Notes: generated by a model not told the origin, from the letters alone. DNA of 64,000 bases from a virus (IMGVR_UViG_3300037247_001786:256001-320000); one strand, 5' to 3'. Shown: positions 46,309 through 56,853, numbered from the stretch's first letter. A program made the numbers and translations.

Positions 46309-47269
46309 AATAATCTGCGGGGATTCAATTTCTTGTTTGAGGAAAATGCCCAGTGAATGTGTAGATTTAATTATTACTTCACCTCCCTATTTTAAACAAA
46401 GAACCTATATAGAAGGTAAAGATCTAGAGATTGGCAATGAAGAATTTGCTATCGATTATTTAGACATACTGGATAAGGTCTTCTCAGAATGTTTAAGAGT
46501 ATGTAAACGAAATGGTAATATCGTTTTTAATCTTGGGGATAAGTATTTAAAAGGAGATCTCGCACTACTACCTTATCGCTTTGCAATTAGAGTAAAGGAC
46601 AGATATTCTCCTCCTCTAAAACTTATCAATAATATTACTTGGGTTAAAAGTAATCCGACTCCAAGGCAATATGACAGAAGATTAGTCAATTCCACAGAAC
46701 CATTTTTTCACTTCGCTAGAAGTAAAGACTACTATTATGATAGAGATGCTTTCCAATATAGTGAAATAGAGCAAAAAGAGATTACAGCTACAAAGGGTCT
46801 TGCTTATTTAGACAAGATATATAATTCCCGTCTCACCGATACAGAAAAAATAGCGGCAGTAACCGCTATGTATCAAGCAAGACAAGAAATAAGCGATGGC
46901 AAAATAACTGATTTTAGGATGAAAATAAGGGGAGTACATAAATTAGCTTTTGGAGGTCAACAGGGGGGAAGGAATAACGAGATAAAGAATAACGGCTTTA
47001 CTGTTATTAAGATGACTGGACAGAAAATGAAGAGAGATGTGATTGAAAGTCCTGTTGATAATAACAAAGGGATTGACCATCCAGCAATTTTTCCCTTGAA
47101 AGTGATTAAGGATATGGTATTATTGTTATCACCTCAAGATGGTATTGTCTTAGACCCATTTTGCGGGAGTGGCACAACTTGTCTTGCTGCTAAAGAATTA
47201 AATAGAAAGTATATAGGAATAGATCTATCAGAAAAATTTTGTGATATGAGTAGAGAAAGACTTAAATGA
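46298..47269 (+). CDS. DNA methyltransferase (N4-C/N6-A, beta class)
   Basis: TSPPY, HPAIFP and LDPFCGSGTT; GTG start assumed (track start 46256). Confidence 0.9.
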   Translation: MVNKIICGDSISCLRKMPSECVDLIITSPPYFKQRTYIEGKDLEIGNEEFAIDYLDILDKVFSECLRVCKRNGNIVFNLGDKYLKGDLALLPYRFAIRVKDRYSPPLKLINNITWVKSNPTPRQYDRRLVNSTEPFFHFARSKDYYYDRDAFQYSEIEQKEITATKGLAYLDKIYNSRLTDTEKIAAVTAMYQARQEISDGKITDFRMKIRGVHKLAFGGQQGGRNNEIKNNGFTVIKMTGQKMKRDVIESPVDNNKGIDHPAIFPLKVIKDMVLLLSPQDGIVLDPFCGSGTTCLAAKELNRKYIGIDLSEKFCDMSRERLK

Positions 47270-48048
47270 TACATCTCAGTAAAAAAGGAATAAGATACAA
47301 TAACAATTACAACACTGACTGTGATGAGTATGTTGACAGAATGGTTGAAACACTGATTCCTCATCTTCGCGATGAGGTTACTCTCTCTGACGACTATACT
47401 CTTGCCGACTTATTTAAGATATTGGAAAGCGAAGTTGATAATTTTAATCTCATTTTTGGTTCTCATCTCGGGCATTACCCCTTGTCTGATTATATCAAGG
47501 ATATTAACAAAGATGTTGTCGTTGATAACTCCGAACAGGGCATAGACTATTTAGAGGTCTATTGGACTTGTGTATGCGAGGACTATGAAGCAAGGGGATA
47601 TAAGGAGTGGAAAAAAGATATTAATTTTAATGCTGATTTTCACGGTTATGGAACTTGGGCTGATGACGAACATTCTCCCTACCCAGATAATTTCAAAGGA
47701 GGGATTGCTATAGAGTTCACTCCTCTTGCGGAGTTGAAAGATATTATTCTTAAAATAAGAAATAAGACCAAAGTAATTCTTGATGACGGTACTTATCATA
47801 AAAATGAAGATGGTGATTTAACAGACAAAGTTTTGTTCGAGGGAGATAGATATTTTTCTGTTTTCGATTTTATATCTACAATTCTTTATGAAATAAGCTA
47901 CGCTGGTTCTCCTGATATTAGGGATGAATCTTTGAAAGATTTAATATCAACTCATGAAGAGGTAAAAGAAAAAATAGATTCTGGAGACACCTCTTGCTTT
48001 AAAAATTTTGAAGAACTGAAAAAAGATTTAGAAAATGAAGAAAGTTAA
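47266..48048 (+). CDS. Hypothetical acidic protein
   Basis: 260 aa, ATGA overlap. Confidence 0.75.
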   Translation: MIHLSKKGIRYNNNYNTDCDEYVDRMVETLIPHLRDEVTLSDDYTLADLFKILESEVDNFNLIFGSHLGHYPLSDYIKDINKDVVVDNSEQGIDYLEVYWTCVCEDYEARGYKEWKKDINFNADFHGYGTWADDEHSPYPDNFKGGIAIEFTPLAELKDIILKIRNKTKVILDDGTYHKNEDGDLTDKVLFEGDRYFSVFDFISTILYEISYAGSPDIRDESLKDLISTHEEVKEKIDSGDTSCFKNFEELKKDLENEES

Positions 48049-48718
48049 AGAAAAAGGAATAATATTCGACGCTGACATGGTAAGGGAGACCTTATCTGGG
48101 CGGAAGACTTCTATAAGGAGAGTTATAGAGTCACAGCCTCCTGAAGGCTCTTCGCCTATCTATGACTCTCTTGACTGCTACTGGGGTGAGGGTTGGGCTT
48201 TTCAATATCCTAAAAAAGTCTTTGAAGATTTAGTTTTTAATTCTATATTTGAGTTGCCTCAAAATGGTAGATGCCCCTATGGTAAGGTAGGTGATAGATT
48301 ATGGGTGAGAGAAAATTGGGGTTATCACGGTTCGGCATCAGGAGGGGATCCAGAAGTCCATAGCTCTAGTGTAAAATATCTAGCTGATGGGGAACGTAGA
48401 GAAATATATTTTGATAGCTTTGAAGAGATGAGTAACGCTTCTCCTGGGCAAAATATAAAATATCCTAAGTGGATAACTGAAATGGATGAGTTTGAGCAGC
48501 AATATCATACGAGTGAATTTTTGTATGATTGGTGGGAGAAACAAAAAAGTAAACCATCTACTCATATGCGTCGATGGGCTTCTCGGATAACTTTAAAAAT
48601 AACACATGTCGGGATATCGAGACTTCAAAATATTACTGCCGAAGAAGCTGTAAGAGAAGGCATATTAAATTGGGAAGAAAATCCTTGGGTATGGGTAGTT
48701 AAATTTAAGAAGATATAA
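48035..48718 (+). CDS. Phage protein, ASCH/PUA-like
   Basis: IIF..DMVR..L.GRKT..RR, CPYG..GDRLWVRE and PSTHM.RWASRITL. Confidence 0.7.
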   Translation: MKKVKEKGIIFDADMVRETLSGRKTSIRRVIESQPPEGSSPIYDSLDCYWGEGWAFQYPKKVFEDLVFNSIFELPQNGRCPYGKVGDRLWVRENWGYHGSASGGDPEVHSSSVKYLADGERREIYFDSFEEMSNASPGQNIKYPKWITEMDEFEQQYHTSEFLYDWWEKQKSKPSTHMRRWASRITLKITHVGISRLQNITAEEAVREGILNWEENPWVWVVKFKKI

Positions 48719-48734
48719 TTATAGGTACTTTATA

Positions 48735-49283
48735 ATGATACATATTATTAAACAAAAGAAAATTAAGAAGAAACAATTGGTTTGTGATATCGGTGATATT
48801 ATCTATGGTGAAAAATATTTTATTAAACCACAGAAAACCCATTATGGAGATAGAAAATTTCTTTCTATAAATTCTATCTCCTATAATGTTTGGGACTCTT
48901 TAGAGGTTCTTGGAATAGATTTTGAAGACTTTAAAAAAGAAGTTTCTTATATCTGTCCATATACAAAAAATACATATTTTTGGGCTATCCCAATTTATTT
49001 ATTTTCGGATAGAGTAGATGAGATTGTTGACGATACGCAACATATACCTTGGAAGCAAATGTATAAAGACCATGAGTGGGCAGTAGATTTTTATTTTAAA
49101 AAGTATGGCCGTAAAGAAAAAAGCGAGTTTGTAGCAACCAGTATACATGAAGCTTTTTTAGGACCAGGTTATACGTCAGGAACTCGTCCCTGTGATGGGG
49201 GAGGCAATTTAAAAGATGCTGTTATTGATTTGGATAATGGCGACCAACTTGGCTGTAAAGTTTGGGTTTGGTATAATAAATGA
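48735..49283 (+). CDS. Hypothetical protein
   Basis: 182 aa, tight packing. Confidence 0.7.
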   Translation: MIHIIKQKKIKKKQLVCDIGDIIYGEKYFIKPQKTHYGDRKFLSINSISYNVWDSLEVLGIDFEDFKKEVSYICPYTKNTYFWAIPIYLFSDRVDEIVDDTQHIPWKQMYKDHEWAVDFYFKKYGRKEKSEFVATSIHEAFLGPGYTSGTRPCDGGGNLKDAVIDLDNGDQLGCKVWVWYNK

Positions 49284-49468
49284 TTAAAAAAATATTATGT
49301 AAGTTAGGTTTTCATAAATACGAGAGAACAGACACTATGCTTACTCACTCTGTTTGTACTACAGTAGAGTGTAAAAGGTGCGGTCATAGTCTTTCTTCTA
49401 GTAATTTAAAGACAAGAAAAGAGATAGATAAAGAGTTTGTCGAAACGTTCATGAAAGAATTACCATAA
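49280..49468 (+). CDS. Small zinc-binding protein (DUF1660-like)
   Basis: LCKLGFHKY...CKRCG. Confidence 0.65.
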   Translation: MIKKILCKLGFHKYERTDTMLTHSVCTTVECKRCGHSLSSSNLKTRKEIDKEFVETFMKELP

Positions 49469-49479
49469 AGGAATATCGT

Positions 49480-50052
49480 ATGATTAATTTAGCAGGAAAA
49501 GAAGATTGCGATTCAGCTATTATTGAAGAACTAATAAAAGCTGGCATAAACCCAGTTTCTTTAGAAAAAAGTAATCATCCAGAAGTAAAATCTCTGTACA
49601 AAGGAGAGTTGCTCGGTTGGACATTTAGTAGGCAATGGTACTATTGGAGTGCTTCTTGCGAAAATAAATTTAAAGATGGATTGGATATAAAATACGCTTC
49701 TCCTTTACATGCAATTGTCGGAGAAGAAGTTCGCCTAGCCGGTCATTGTTGCTGCCCTTCTCCTGATGATGGTTTCTGGATGGATAAATTCGACAAAGAC
49801 GGTAACGAGTTGATGCGTCAAGAAGAATTGGATGACTGCGAGAAGAAAGCAGAGAATTCAGATTTAATGAGAGAGACATGCGAACACTTATTAGAAGAAT
49901 ACCGAGCTGTTGATAACCCTCTTGAATATGCGAGAGAGAAAGGTAAGTTGCTTGCGACCTCTTATCATATTGACTCTCAACTGGGTTTAGAAATGTTCTG
50001 TGCGGTTCTCCGTAGGCAAAAAGTTCACAACTCTCGTCAACTGAAGGATTGA
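49480..50052 (+). CDS. Hypothetical protein
   Basis: AAGGA RBS. Confidence 0.7.
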   Translation: MINLAGKEDCDSAIIEELIKAGINPVSLEKSNHPEVKSLYKGELLGWTFSRQWYYWSASCENKFKDGLDIKYASPLHAIVGEEVRLAGHCCCPSPDDGFWMDKFDKDGNELMRQEELDDCEKKAENSDLMRETCEHLLEEYRAVDNPLEYAREKGKLLATSYHIDSQLGLEMFCAVLRRQKVHNSRQLKD

Positions 50053-50069
50053 AAAAGTTATAGGGATGT

Positions 50070-50576
50070 ATGAATCAAGAAAAAGAAATTAAATATTATG
50101 CTGGCATTGGAAGTAGGGAAACCCCAGATGACATTCTGGAGATAATGACAGAAATAGCCATAGCAGCAGAAAAAAAAGATTATATTCTTCGTTCAGGAGG
50201 TGCGGCAGGAGCAGACTCCGCTTTTGAAAAAGGTGCAGGCGATAAAAAAATTATATATATTCCTTGGGAAGGTTTTAACGATAGCAAAGAGAAAGCCATC
50301 TCTATAACTACGGAAGCTTTAAAGATGGCAAGCGAGTTTCATCCTGCTTGGCATTATTTGTCTTATGGAGCAAGAAAACTGCAAGCAAGAAATTGCTATC
50401 AGATATTAGGGGAAGACCTTAAAACTCCTGTCAATTTTGTTATATGCTGGACATCCAATGGTAAAGACAAAGGTGGGACAGGACAAGCTATAAGACTAGC
50501 CAAAGCTAATGATATAACAGTATTTAATTTAGCTATCGAAGAACATCTTAATTTTTGGAAAGAAAAAATATGCTGA
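50070..50576 (+). CDS. SLOG-superfamily (DprA/Smf-like) protein
   Basis: YAGIGSRETP, LRSGGAAGAD, ARNCYQILG and GGTGQA. Confidence 0.8.
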   Translation: MNQEKEIKYYAGIGSRETPDDILEIMTEIAIAAEKKDYILRSGGAAGADSAFEKGAGDKKIIYIPWEGFNDSKEKAISITTEALKMASEFHPAWHYLSYGARKLQARNCYQILGEDLKTPVNFVICWTSNGKDKGGTGQAIRLAKANDITVFNLAIEEHLNFWKEKIC

Positions 50577-52045
50577 AACTTCCTTTGAATACGAAGCGAA
50601 AAAAATCTTCTAAGATGAGGACTTTGAGAATTCCTTTTCTAGAGGTTTTTGCAGATAGCCCTAACTACTGGACAGGATTATGCGAATATGGCAGAGTAAA
50701 TATAACTTCAAATGAAAAGATGTTAAGAATAACTGTATCTAAATCCAAAGGCAAAAACGCTCAACATATAACATGCAAATATGATAAATACGGAAATTTC
50801 AGAGCATATTATTCATGCAATAAGGGAGTTCGAGATATAGTATATAATCTCCCTTTTGCATTAAGCTCTTATATTGAATCTCTATTAAATAAGATAACTA
50901 ATGTTAATCAAAATAGATACGCCTCTGATAAAGTTCTAAAAGAATATAGATCTAGATTTATAAGAATATTTGGAGAAGATGCTAGCAATATAGATAAAAT
51001 AGCAAATGTTAAATTCGACGCATTAATTTGGAAACTTATATATCCTTTAAATAGCTACGAAAAGGGAGTTCACTCTGTAGTCCCTTCTTTTATACGAAGA
51101 CCTATGAGATCAAATGATCCAAAAGAGTTCACGATGAGACTTTTTGGGAAAGCTCCCAAGAGTTTAGTGAAGTCGGTTATATTGCATATGCCTTTCACGG
51201 ACGAATTTCTCGATATTCTGTTCTTGGCTAAGATTTTTTATCATATTTGGCCAATAGATAAGGTCGTTGAATTTCTTCGTAAAGCGGCAGAAACTAGAGT
51301 TGAACATGGGAGAGGTTATCGTTCTCTTATTTTTAGACATATGTATCCGACAAGAGATAATTCTAATATTATGCAGATAAGAGTATGGAGAAGTTTTCTT
51401 AGAAAATTTACTCCTAATAAAATTATTAATTCTTTTTGTAAATACCGTTTAGAATTCGGACAATTAGTATGCGATACCTTAAAACAATTATCTGAATTTA
51501 AAGAACGAAATATAAAAGTAACGATATCTAGTAAGATGGATATAAATCAAGTTCATGATGTCGTCTCAAGATATTATATGCGATTGAGCAGGCCAGAGAA
51601 GGCTTTGCCAGTTTATGACTTATTTTATGAGATCAATAACGAAGATATAATGGGATATAAGGTTGTTTTCCCTAAAACAAATTATGATTTAATTAATTGG
51701 GGAAAAAAGATGCAGATATGTGTTGGGTCATATGCAAGTTCTGTAGAGAGAGGGAATAGCGTTATCTTTGCATTATTTAAAGATAGAGTTCCTAAATATT
51801 GTGTTGAGTATAGACCCAAAATAGACGGAGGGTTCCGAATGGCAGCATGTAAAGGGAGGTCTAATAAGAACGCTACAGACGAGATGAGGGAAGCGATAAA
51901 TAAAAAATGTTGGGCACCTACATTAGGACTCGATGCAGGGCAAGTAGAGAATGCTAAATTGGTATATCCAGAATCTCATAAAATAAAAGTTAAGGAGTTG
52001 CCTGATCATATTAATTTAGAAAAAGAAGAACTAGTAGGAGTATAA
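50570..52045 (+). CDS. PcfJ-like domain protein
   Basis: C-terminal HD...L..WG.KMQICVGSY...CVE. Confidence 0.6.
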   Translation: MLKLPLNTKRKKSSKMRTLRIPFLEVFADSPNYWTGLCEYGRVNITSNEKMLRITVSKSKGKNAQHITCKYDKYGNFRAYYSCNKGVRDIVYNLPFALSSYIESLLNKITNVNQNRYASDKVLKEYRSRFIRIFGEDASNIDKIANVKFDALIWKLIYPLNSYEKGVHSVVPSFIRRPMRSNDPKEFTMRLFGKAPKSLVKSVILHMPFTDEFLDILFLAKIFYHIWPIDKVVEFLRKAAETRVEHGRGYRSLIFRHMYPTRDNSNIMQIRVWRSFLRKFTPNKIINSFCKYRLEFGQLVCDTLKQLSEFKERNIKVTISSKMDINQVHDVVSRYYMRLSRPEKALPVYDLFYEINNEDIMGYKVVFPKTNYDLINWGKKMQICVGSYASSVERGNSVIFALFKDRVPKYCVEYRPKIDGGFRMAACKGRSNKNATDEMREAINKKCWAPTLGLDAGQVENAKLVYPESHKIKVKELPDHINLEKEELVGV

Positions 52046-52046
52046 A

Positions 52047-52622
52047 ATGAAAATATTATTAGCAGTAACAGGCTCGATTGCCGCATATAAAGCATGTAGT
52101 ATCACTTCTGTCCTTGTAGATAAGGGGCATGAAGTTCAAGTTGTGATGACAGATAATGCACAGAAGTTTATTACTCCTATGAGTTTATGTGCATTGTCTC
52201 AAAGACCTGTCTTAACAAATGAAGATGAGTGGAAATGTACTGATGGAAAGATACCTCATATTTATTACACTCAAGAGTGGTGCGATATATTCGTGATAGT
52301 ACCAGCTACAGCTAATATCATAGGTAAGATACTTAATGGTATTGCAGATGATATCGTTAGTGCAATGGCTATTGCAACTCCTAAAAGTGTTGAGAAAATG
52401 ATATACCCAGCTATGAACTCGGTGATGTTAGAAAATGCTTATATGAATAAGTTGGGAGAACTTAAAGAAAAGGATTGGCATCTTGGAGATACTCAAGAAA
52501 AGAGATTAGCTTGTGGGTCAGTTGGTAAAGGTGCTTTACAGTCAACAAAAGAGATAGTTAGCATGATGGAATATATGTACGAACGTTGGATTTTGAATAG
52601 GAAGTCGAAAAATGAATGCTGA
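52047..52622 (+). CDS. coaC: Phosphopantothenoylcysteine decarboxylase (HFCD flavoprotein)
   Basis: VTGSIAAYKA, PHI (His), PATAN, GIADD, PAMN and LACG (Cys). Confidence 0.88.
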   Translation: MKILLAVTGSIAAYKACSITSVLVDKGHEVQVVMTDNAQKFITPMSLCALSQRPVLTNEDEWKCTDGKIPHIYYTQEWCDIFVIVPATANIIGKILNGIADDIVSAMAIATPKSVEKMIYPAMNSVMLENAYMNKLGELKEKDWHLGDTQEKRLACGSVGKGALQSTKEIVSMMEYMYERWILNRKSKNEC

Positions 52623-52956
52623 GATATTAATTGCTCAAGGATATAGAAGAGTTTCTAATAAGTTTAGGACTATTGCCAGAATAGATAGGGCAGATTGGGT
52701 CTATGATACTTATTTTGATAAGTTCGGACATACGGATATTGGTATAGCTCAGGCCGTAAGAACGTTCTACGAAGGTAAGCCAATAGATGATTTTGGTTTT
52801 ATGAAAGACTCCGTATTGTATGAGGCAAAATGTGCAGCTGACCATTATCGCAGGTGCATGACTAAAGATAGGATAACAGATGTTTCAATAGAGATATTCA
52901 AAGATATACCGTCTTCGGATTGGGACCAAATAGGATTTGTGAATAATGAAAGTTAA
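52612..52956 (+). CDS. Hypothetical protein
   Basis: Tight packing. Confidence 0.65.
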   Translation: MNAEILIAQGYRRVSNKFRTIARIDRADWVYDTYFDKFGHTDIGIAQAVRTFYEGKPIDDFGFMKDSVLYEAKCAADHYRRCMTKDRITDVSIEIFKDIPSSDWDQIGFVNNES

Positions 52957-53785
52957 ATGGTTAATAGAAGATTATGAACATGATAGCTCTCTTGAACCCT
53001 TAATGGCTGAGGTTAGGAAGCAAGGCATGGACCTTGAGGTTGTTAAATATGAGCCTTGGGAAAGTGGAACTTTCGATAATTATGACAATGAAGATTGCGT
53101 TGTTTTTTATGGAACCCTTAATTTGGGAAGACAACTACAAAGACAAAAGGGTTGGGTACCTGGAGTTTATTGTAATTTTAAAAATCTGTGTTGTAAAGCA
53201 TATTATTCTTATTGGGGAGAATATTTATTTAACCAAGACTATATAATGCTTCCTATGATGGAGATACTTCGTAGAAGAGAAGAAATTTTTAAACAATTTG
53301 GTGTAGATGATACAATTTGGATTCGTCCCGATTCTGGTGCTAAAACTTTTACAGGGCAAACTGTCCCATTAGAACTTTTAGATAAAGAATTTAAATTATT
53401 TGGAAATTATGCTGCTAAACCATTGGATGATATTATAGCAGTTATTTCTTCTCCAAAGGTTATCGATGCCGAGTGGAGAATTGTTGTCGTTGAGGGGAAA
53501 CCCGTAGCTGCAAGTCAGTATAAAAAGGATGACAAATTAGATATTGAAGAAGGATGCGATTATGATGCTTGGAATTTAGCAAGTTCCATAGCATCAGAAG
53601 ATTGGCAACCTGACGTTGCCTATACTCTTGATATATGTTTATCTAATGGAGTTTATCATTTGTTGGAAGCGAATAGCTTTAGTTGTAGTGGTTTGTATGA
53701 ATCCGACCCAAAATTTATTGTTAAGGCTATATCGGAAGTTGCTCTAAAAGAATGGAAAGATTATTATGAGGTGGAAGAAGTATAA
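52946..53785 (+). CDS. ATP-grasp domain protein (DUF4343/R2K-like)
   Basis: IRPDSGAKTFTG, EWRIVV, YTLDI and LEANSFSCSG. Confidence 0.78.
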   Translation: MKVKWLIEDYEHDSSLEPLMAEVRKQGMDLEVVKYEPWESGTFDNYDNEDCVVFYGTLNLGRQLQRQKGWVPGVYCNFKNLCCKAYYSYWGEYLFNQDYIMLPMMEILRRREEIFKQFGVDDTIWIRPDSGAKTFTGQTVPLELLDKEFKLFGNYAAKPLDDIIAVISSPKVIDAEWRIVVVEGKPVAASQYKKDDKLDIEEGCDYDAWNLASSIASEDWQPDVAYTLDICLSNGVYHLLEANSFSCSGLYESDPKFIVKAISEVALKEWKDYYEVEEV

Positions 53786-54198
53786 TGACTAAAAATGTTG
53801 AATACGCTGGTAAGAGAATAGATAATAAAGAATGGGTTTATGGGTATTATGTCAAGATAGAGGATAAATCTTTTATTGCCCCACCTAACGCCAAACTACA
53901 TTACCCAAGGGAATTAAACTTCAACTCATGCATTGTTGTTTTAGAAGAAGTCCATCCAGATTCAGTTAGCAGATGGATAGGCGAACTAGATACAATCGGT
54001 GTCAAGATATATGAAGATAGCATAGTAACTGATTTCGAAGGAAATAGAGGAGTTGTTATCTTTACAAAAGCTGCATTTTGGTGTAGAGAAATAGTCACCA
54101 AGCGAGTAGGATCTCATGGTCCTATTTTTCATGATTGGGATGAGCTACAAGTAATCGGTAACATGACAGATAATCCAGAATTAGCAGAGGATATATAA
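53785..54198 (+). CDS. YopX-family protein
   Basis: GKRIDNKEWVYG, G..IYED.IV and QVIGN..DNPEL. Confidence 0.85.
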   Translation: MTKNVEYAGKRIDNKEWVYGYYVKIEDKSFIAPPNAKLHYPRELNFNSCIVVLEEVHPDSVSRWIGELDTIGVKIYEDSIVTDFEGNRGVVIFTKAAFWCREIVTKRVGSHGPIFHDWDELQVIGNMTDNPELAEDI

Positions 54199-55067
54199 TG
54201 GCTAAAAAGAAAAAAGAAGTCGAAGAAATTCTTAATGGATGGAGAGAACGTATGGAAGAGGGAAAACGTCAAGAGAAGAAAGCTGAAGCGTCAATTATGA
54301 GATGGTGTAAAAATCATTATCCAGATGAGGGTATGGAAAGGGATAAGCATCAAAACAGTTATAAGTGTTTAGCTAAGGCTCTTGAATATTTTGATGTTCA
54401 ATGTCCAAAAGAAGTTGGACAGCTATATCTAGAATGGATGGTAGAAACTTTTGCGAAAATTAAAATAACTAAAAATATACCAGATATAGATTTCATTTAT
54501 CAACAATTGGTTAAGAATGACTATAGTGAAGATAACTCATACGAATATAATGATATGGATAATCACTTATTTTATATACCTACTGATTATGTAGATAGTT
54601 ATGATCGAAGTTTTAATATTTTTGCCATAACCACTCAAAGTACGAATTATCTTGTTATTAGAAAAATACATAAGGATAGAGACTGGGGCAAAAAATATGA
54701 TGAGACTTGTCTTTATAGATATTGGGATTCATATGATTTTGAATCTGAAGATAAACTCGATATTGAAGAAATGGAACTGTTCAAAAAAGAAGGAGTAAGA
54801 AAAGCTATTTTAATGTCCGAGTGGCTTAATTGGAACTATAGTGATAATATTGAAGGTAGACAATATGACCCCGCTAGACCAGACCTTAAATGGTATAAAG
54901 AGAATGACTTTAAAACAAGTTTATTTTGTGGATCTATTTTTAAAGTGGGAGGACCTATAAGTCAAGAACAAGGTGCTATTTTTAAATTTGATGATGTTAA
55001 ATTCGTTATCTTTTTTCTGAGAACTGCTTTTGAAGAATGTGAAAAGATGGAGAAAGAAAATGACTAA
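54198..55067 (+). CDS. Hypothetical protein
   Basis: 289 aa, GAGG RBS. Confidence 0.75.
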   Translation: MAKKKKEVEEILNGWRERMEEGKRQEKKAEASIMRWCKNHYPDEGMERDKHQNSYKCLAKALEYFDVQCPKEVGQLYLEWMVETFAKIKITKNIPDIDFIYQQLVKNDYSEDNSYEYNDMDNHLFYIPTDYVDSYDRSFNIFAITTQSTNYLVIRKIHKDRDWGKKYDETCLYRYWDSYDFESEDKLDIEEMELFKKEGVRKAILMSEWLNWNYSDNIEGRQYDPARPDLKWYKENDFKTSLFCGSIFKVGGPISQEQGAIFKFDDVKFVIFFLRTAFEECEKMEKEND

Positions 55068-55602
55068 ATGGCAATTCCCTCTTATGATGCACGTTAATGG
55101 AAAGACTTCGGACTCTATGTCTTTTCAAAATATAAATTTGGAAAATGAAGTCGAGATTCCAGTTGAACAACATGTAGGGGCTTTTGGAGTGCAAAGGAAG
55201 AAGCATATTCATAATGGGATAGATCTTTATTGCGAGCCTCTGGAGGCAGTTTACTCGGTAGAAAGGGGAACTGTAGTAGATTATAGACAATGGACAGGTG
55301 AAGCCGCTTCCTCGCCCTGGTGGAACGATACATGGGCTATACTTGTGGAGGGGGAATCATCGGTAGTCGCCTATGGAGAAATCTATCCAGTTGAAGTAGA
55401 TATAATTGGAGATAAAGTAGAGGCGGGAGAATTAATAGGTTTCGTTAAAACGGTTTTAAAAAAGGATAAAGGACGACCTATGACAATGCTCCACTTACAG
55501 TGCTACAAACATGGGCATCTATGTGCTGGAGGCTGGAAGACTAACGACCCGAAACCAGATACATTGATTGATCCTACTAATTTTTTATTGGAGGCAGAAT
55601 AA
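55060..55602 (+). CDS. Peptidase M23-family protein
   Basis: GAFG..RK.HIHNGIDLY, YGEI and MLHLQ. Confidence 0.75.
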   Translation: MTKWQFPLMMHVNGKTSDSMSFQNINLENEVEIPVEQHVGAFGVQRKKHIHNGIDLYCEPLEAVYSVERGTVVDYRQWTGEAASSPWWNDTWAILVEGESSVVAYGEIYPVEVDIIGDKVEAGELIGFVKTVLKKDKGRPMTMLHLQCYKHGHLCAGGWKTNDPKPDTLIDPTNFLLEAE

Positions 55603-55880
55603 TGAAAATAGATGAAGAAGAAATAAGATATAAAAGAATATAGAAATTGTTAGGTAATGTTCGTTTTATGCCTTATCTAGATGAACCAGATGAAATTACT
55701 TTTGGAAGGAATCCTATATATATAAATGCGGCGATAGATTTGTATATGAATGACTATCAAGAGGATGATAATTTTTCAAAAGAATACTGTATGGCGATAA
55801 TAATGCAAGCAAGTAAGGGACAGATAAGTCCCAAAATCGTTAAAGCTCATATTGATGATAGATGGAAAACAGACGAATGA
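55602..55880 (+). pseudogene. GatB/Yqey-like small protein interrupted by an in-frame TAG (55641-55643)
   Basis: GGAGG RBS and ATG 55602 are in frame with track ORF 55647; C-terminus AIIMQASKGQISPKIV. Confidence 0.4.
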
Positions 55881-56086
55881 GAATGACCGAATTTTTTAGT
55901 CACGTTAATAGCGAGATACCATTAGGGTATGTTCCTTATCATCTAGATTTGACCGCCGTCAGACAAGATAAAAAAGTGAGAGCATTGAAAAAAGCAATAA
56001 CGAAGAGAAGAAAAGAAGAGAGTAAATTAGAAAATAAGGGTAGAAGAGACGGCACAGAAGATATAGATATTTTTGAGGATATGTAA
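55862..56086 (+). CDS. Hypothetical protein
   Basis: Tight packing. Confidence 0.55.
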   Translation: MENRRMRMTEFFSHVNSEIPLGYVPYHLDLTAVRQDKKVRALKKAITKRRKEESKLENKGRRDGTEDIDIFEDM

Positions 56087-56568
56087 TGGCAAAAATATAT
56101 TGTAAAGAATGTAAGCACATAGCAATATATAAAGAAGTGGTGTATATGGACTATGTTTACACATATAGATGCGATAATGATGTTTGTTTTCAAGGAGGAA
56201 TAGAAGAAGTTGATACTCCGTTAGCAAGAAAAAAAATAGATAGAACGAGGAGAATACTTGATAAGGATATGCTTAACGCTAATAACGGCTGCACTCATTT
56301 CGAGAAAAAAAAGAGATGGATAGATTTTTTCAAAGGAGAAAAACCCGACAATTCTCGGAGTGTTGAAAGCGTCGAAATAGATACGAGTTTAAACGACAGT
56401 GTATTGGAAATAGCTGTACTATATGATAGAATAAAAAAATTGCAGAAAGCGATATCTGATAAAGATGAAACTATATCGAGTCAAGCTCAGATAATCGAAA
56501 GACAAAATAATGTAATGTTTACCAGCACAAAAGGAAAAACTGTTTTTGATAATATAGATTTAGATTAA
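56086..56568 (+). CDS. Hypothetical Cys-containing protein (paralog of 56578)
   Basis: MAKIYCKECKH start. Confidence 0.7.
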   Translation: MAKIYCKECKHIAIYKEVVYMDYVYTYRCDNDVCFQGGIEEVDTPLARKKIDRTRRILDKDMLNANNGCTHFEKKKRWIDFFKGEKPDNSRSVESVEIDTSLNDSVLEIAVLYDRIKKLQKAISDKDETISSQAQIIERQNNVMFTSTKGKTVFDNIDLD

Positions 56569-56577
56569 GGATATGTA

Positions 56578-56853
56578 ATGGAAAAAGTATATTGTAAAGA
56601 ATGTAGACATGTAAGTAAAATAGATGTAGGATATGCGGGAACACCAGAACATCATTGTTTCCACGATGTTTGTTTTGAAAATATCGACAAAGATACTCCA
56701 TTTAGCAAAGGTAGGGACTATAGAGGAGAATGCACCTCTAGAAGAGTTTCTGATTTCCATCAATTGAATGAAAGCAATAATTGTGAGTATTTTGAACTAA
56801 GAGTAAATATTTTTAAACGTATAGCGAATAGCATTAAGGAGTGTTTTGCATGA
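56578..56853 (+). CDS. Hypothetical Cys-containing protein (paralog of 56086)
   Basis: MEKVYCKECRH start. Confidence 0.7.
   Translation: MEKVYCKECRHVSKIDVGYAGTPEHHCFHDVCFENIDKDTPFSKGRDYRGECTSRRVSDFHQLNESNNCEYFELRVNIFKRIANSIKECFA

Noticed and set aside
55641-55643. Genome-wide TAG recoding
   Set aside because: Many genes end cleanly at TAG (for example 6039, 7380, 8819, 33814), as does the tmRNA tag
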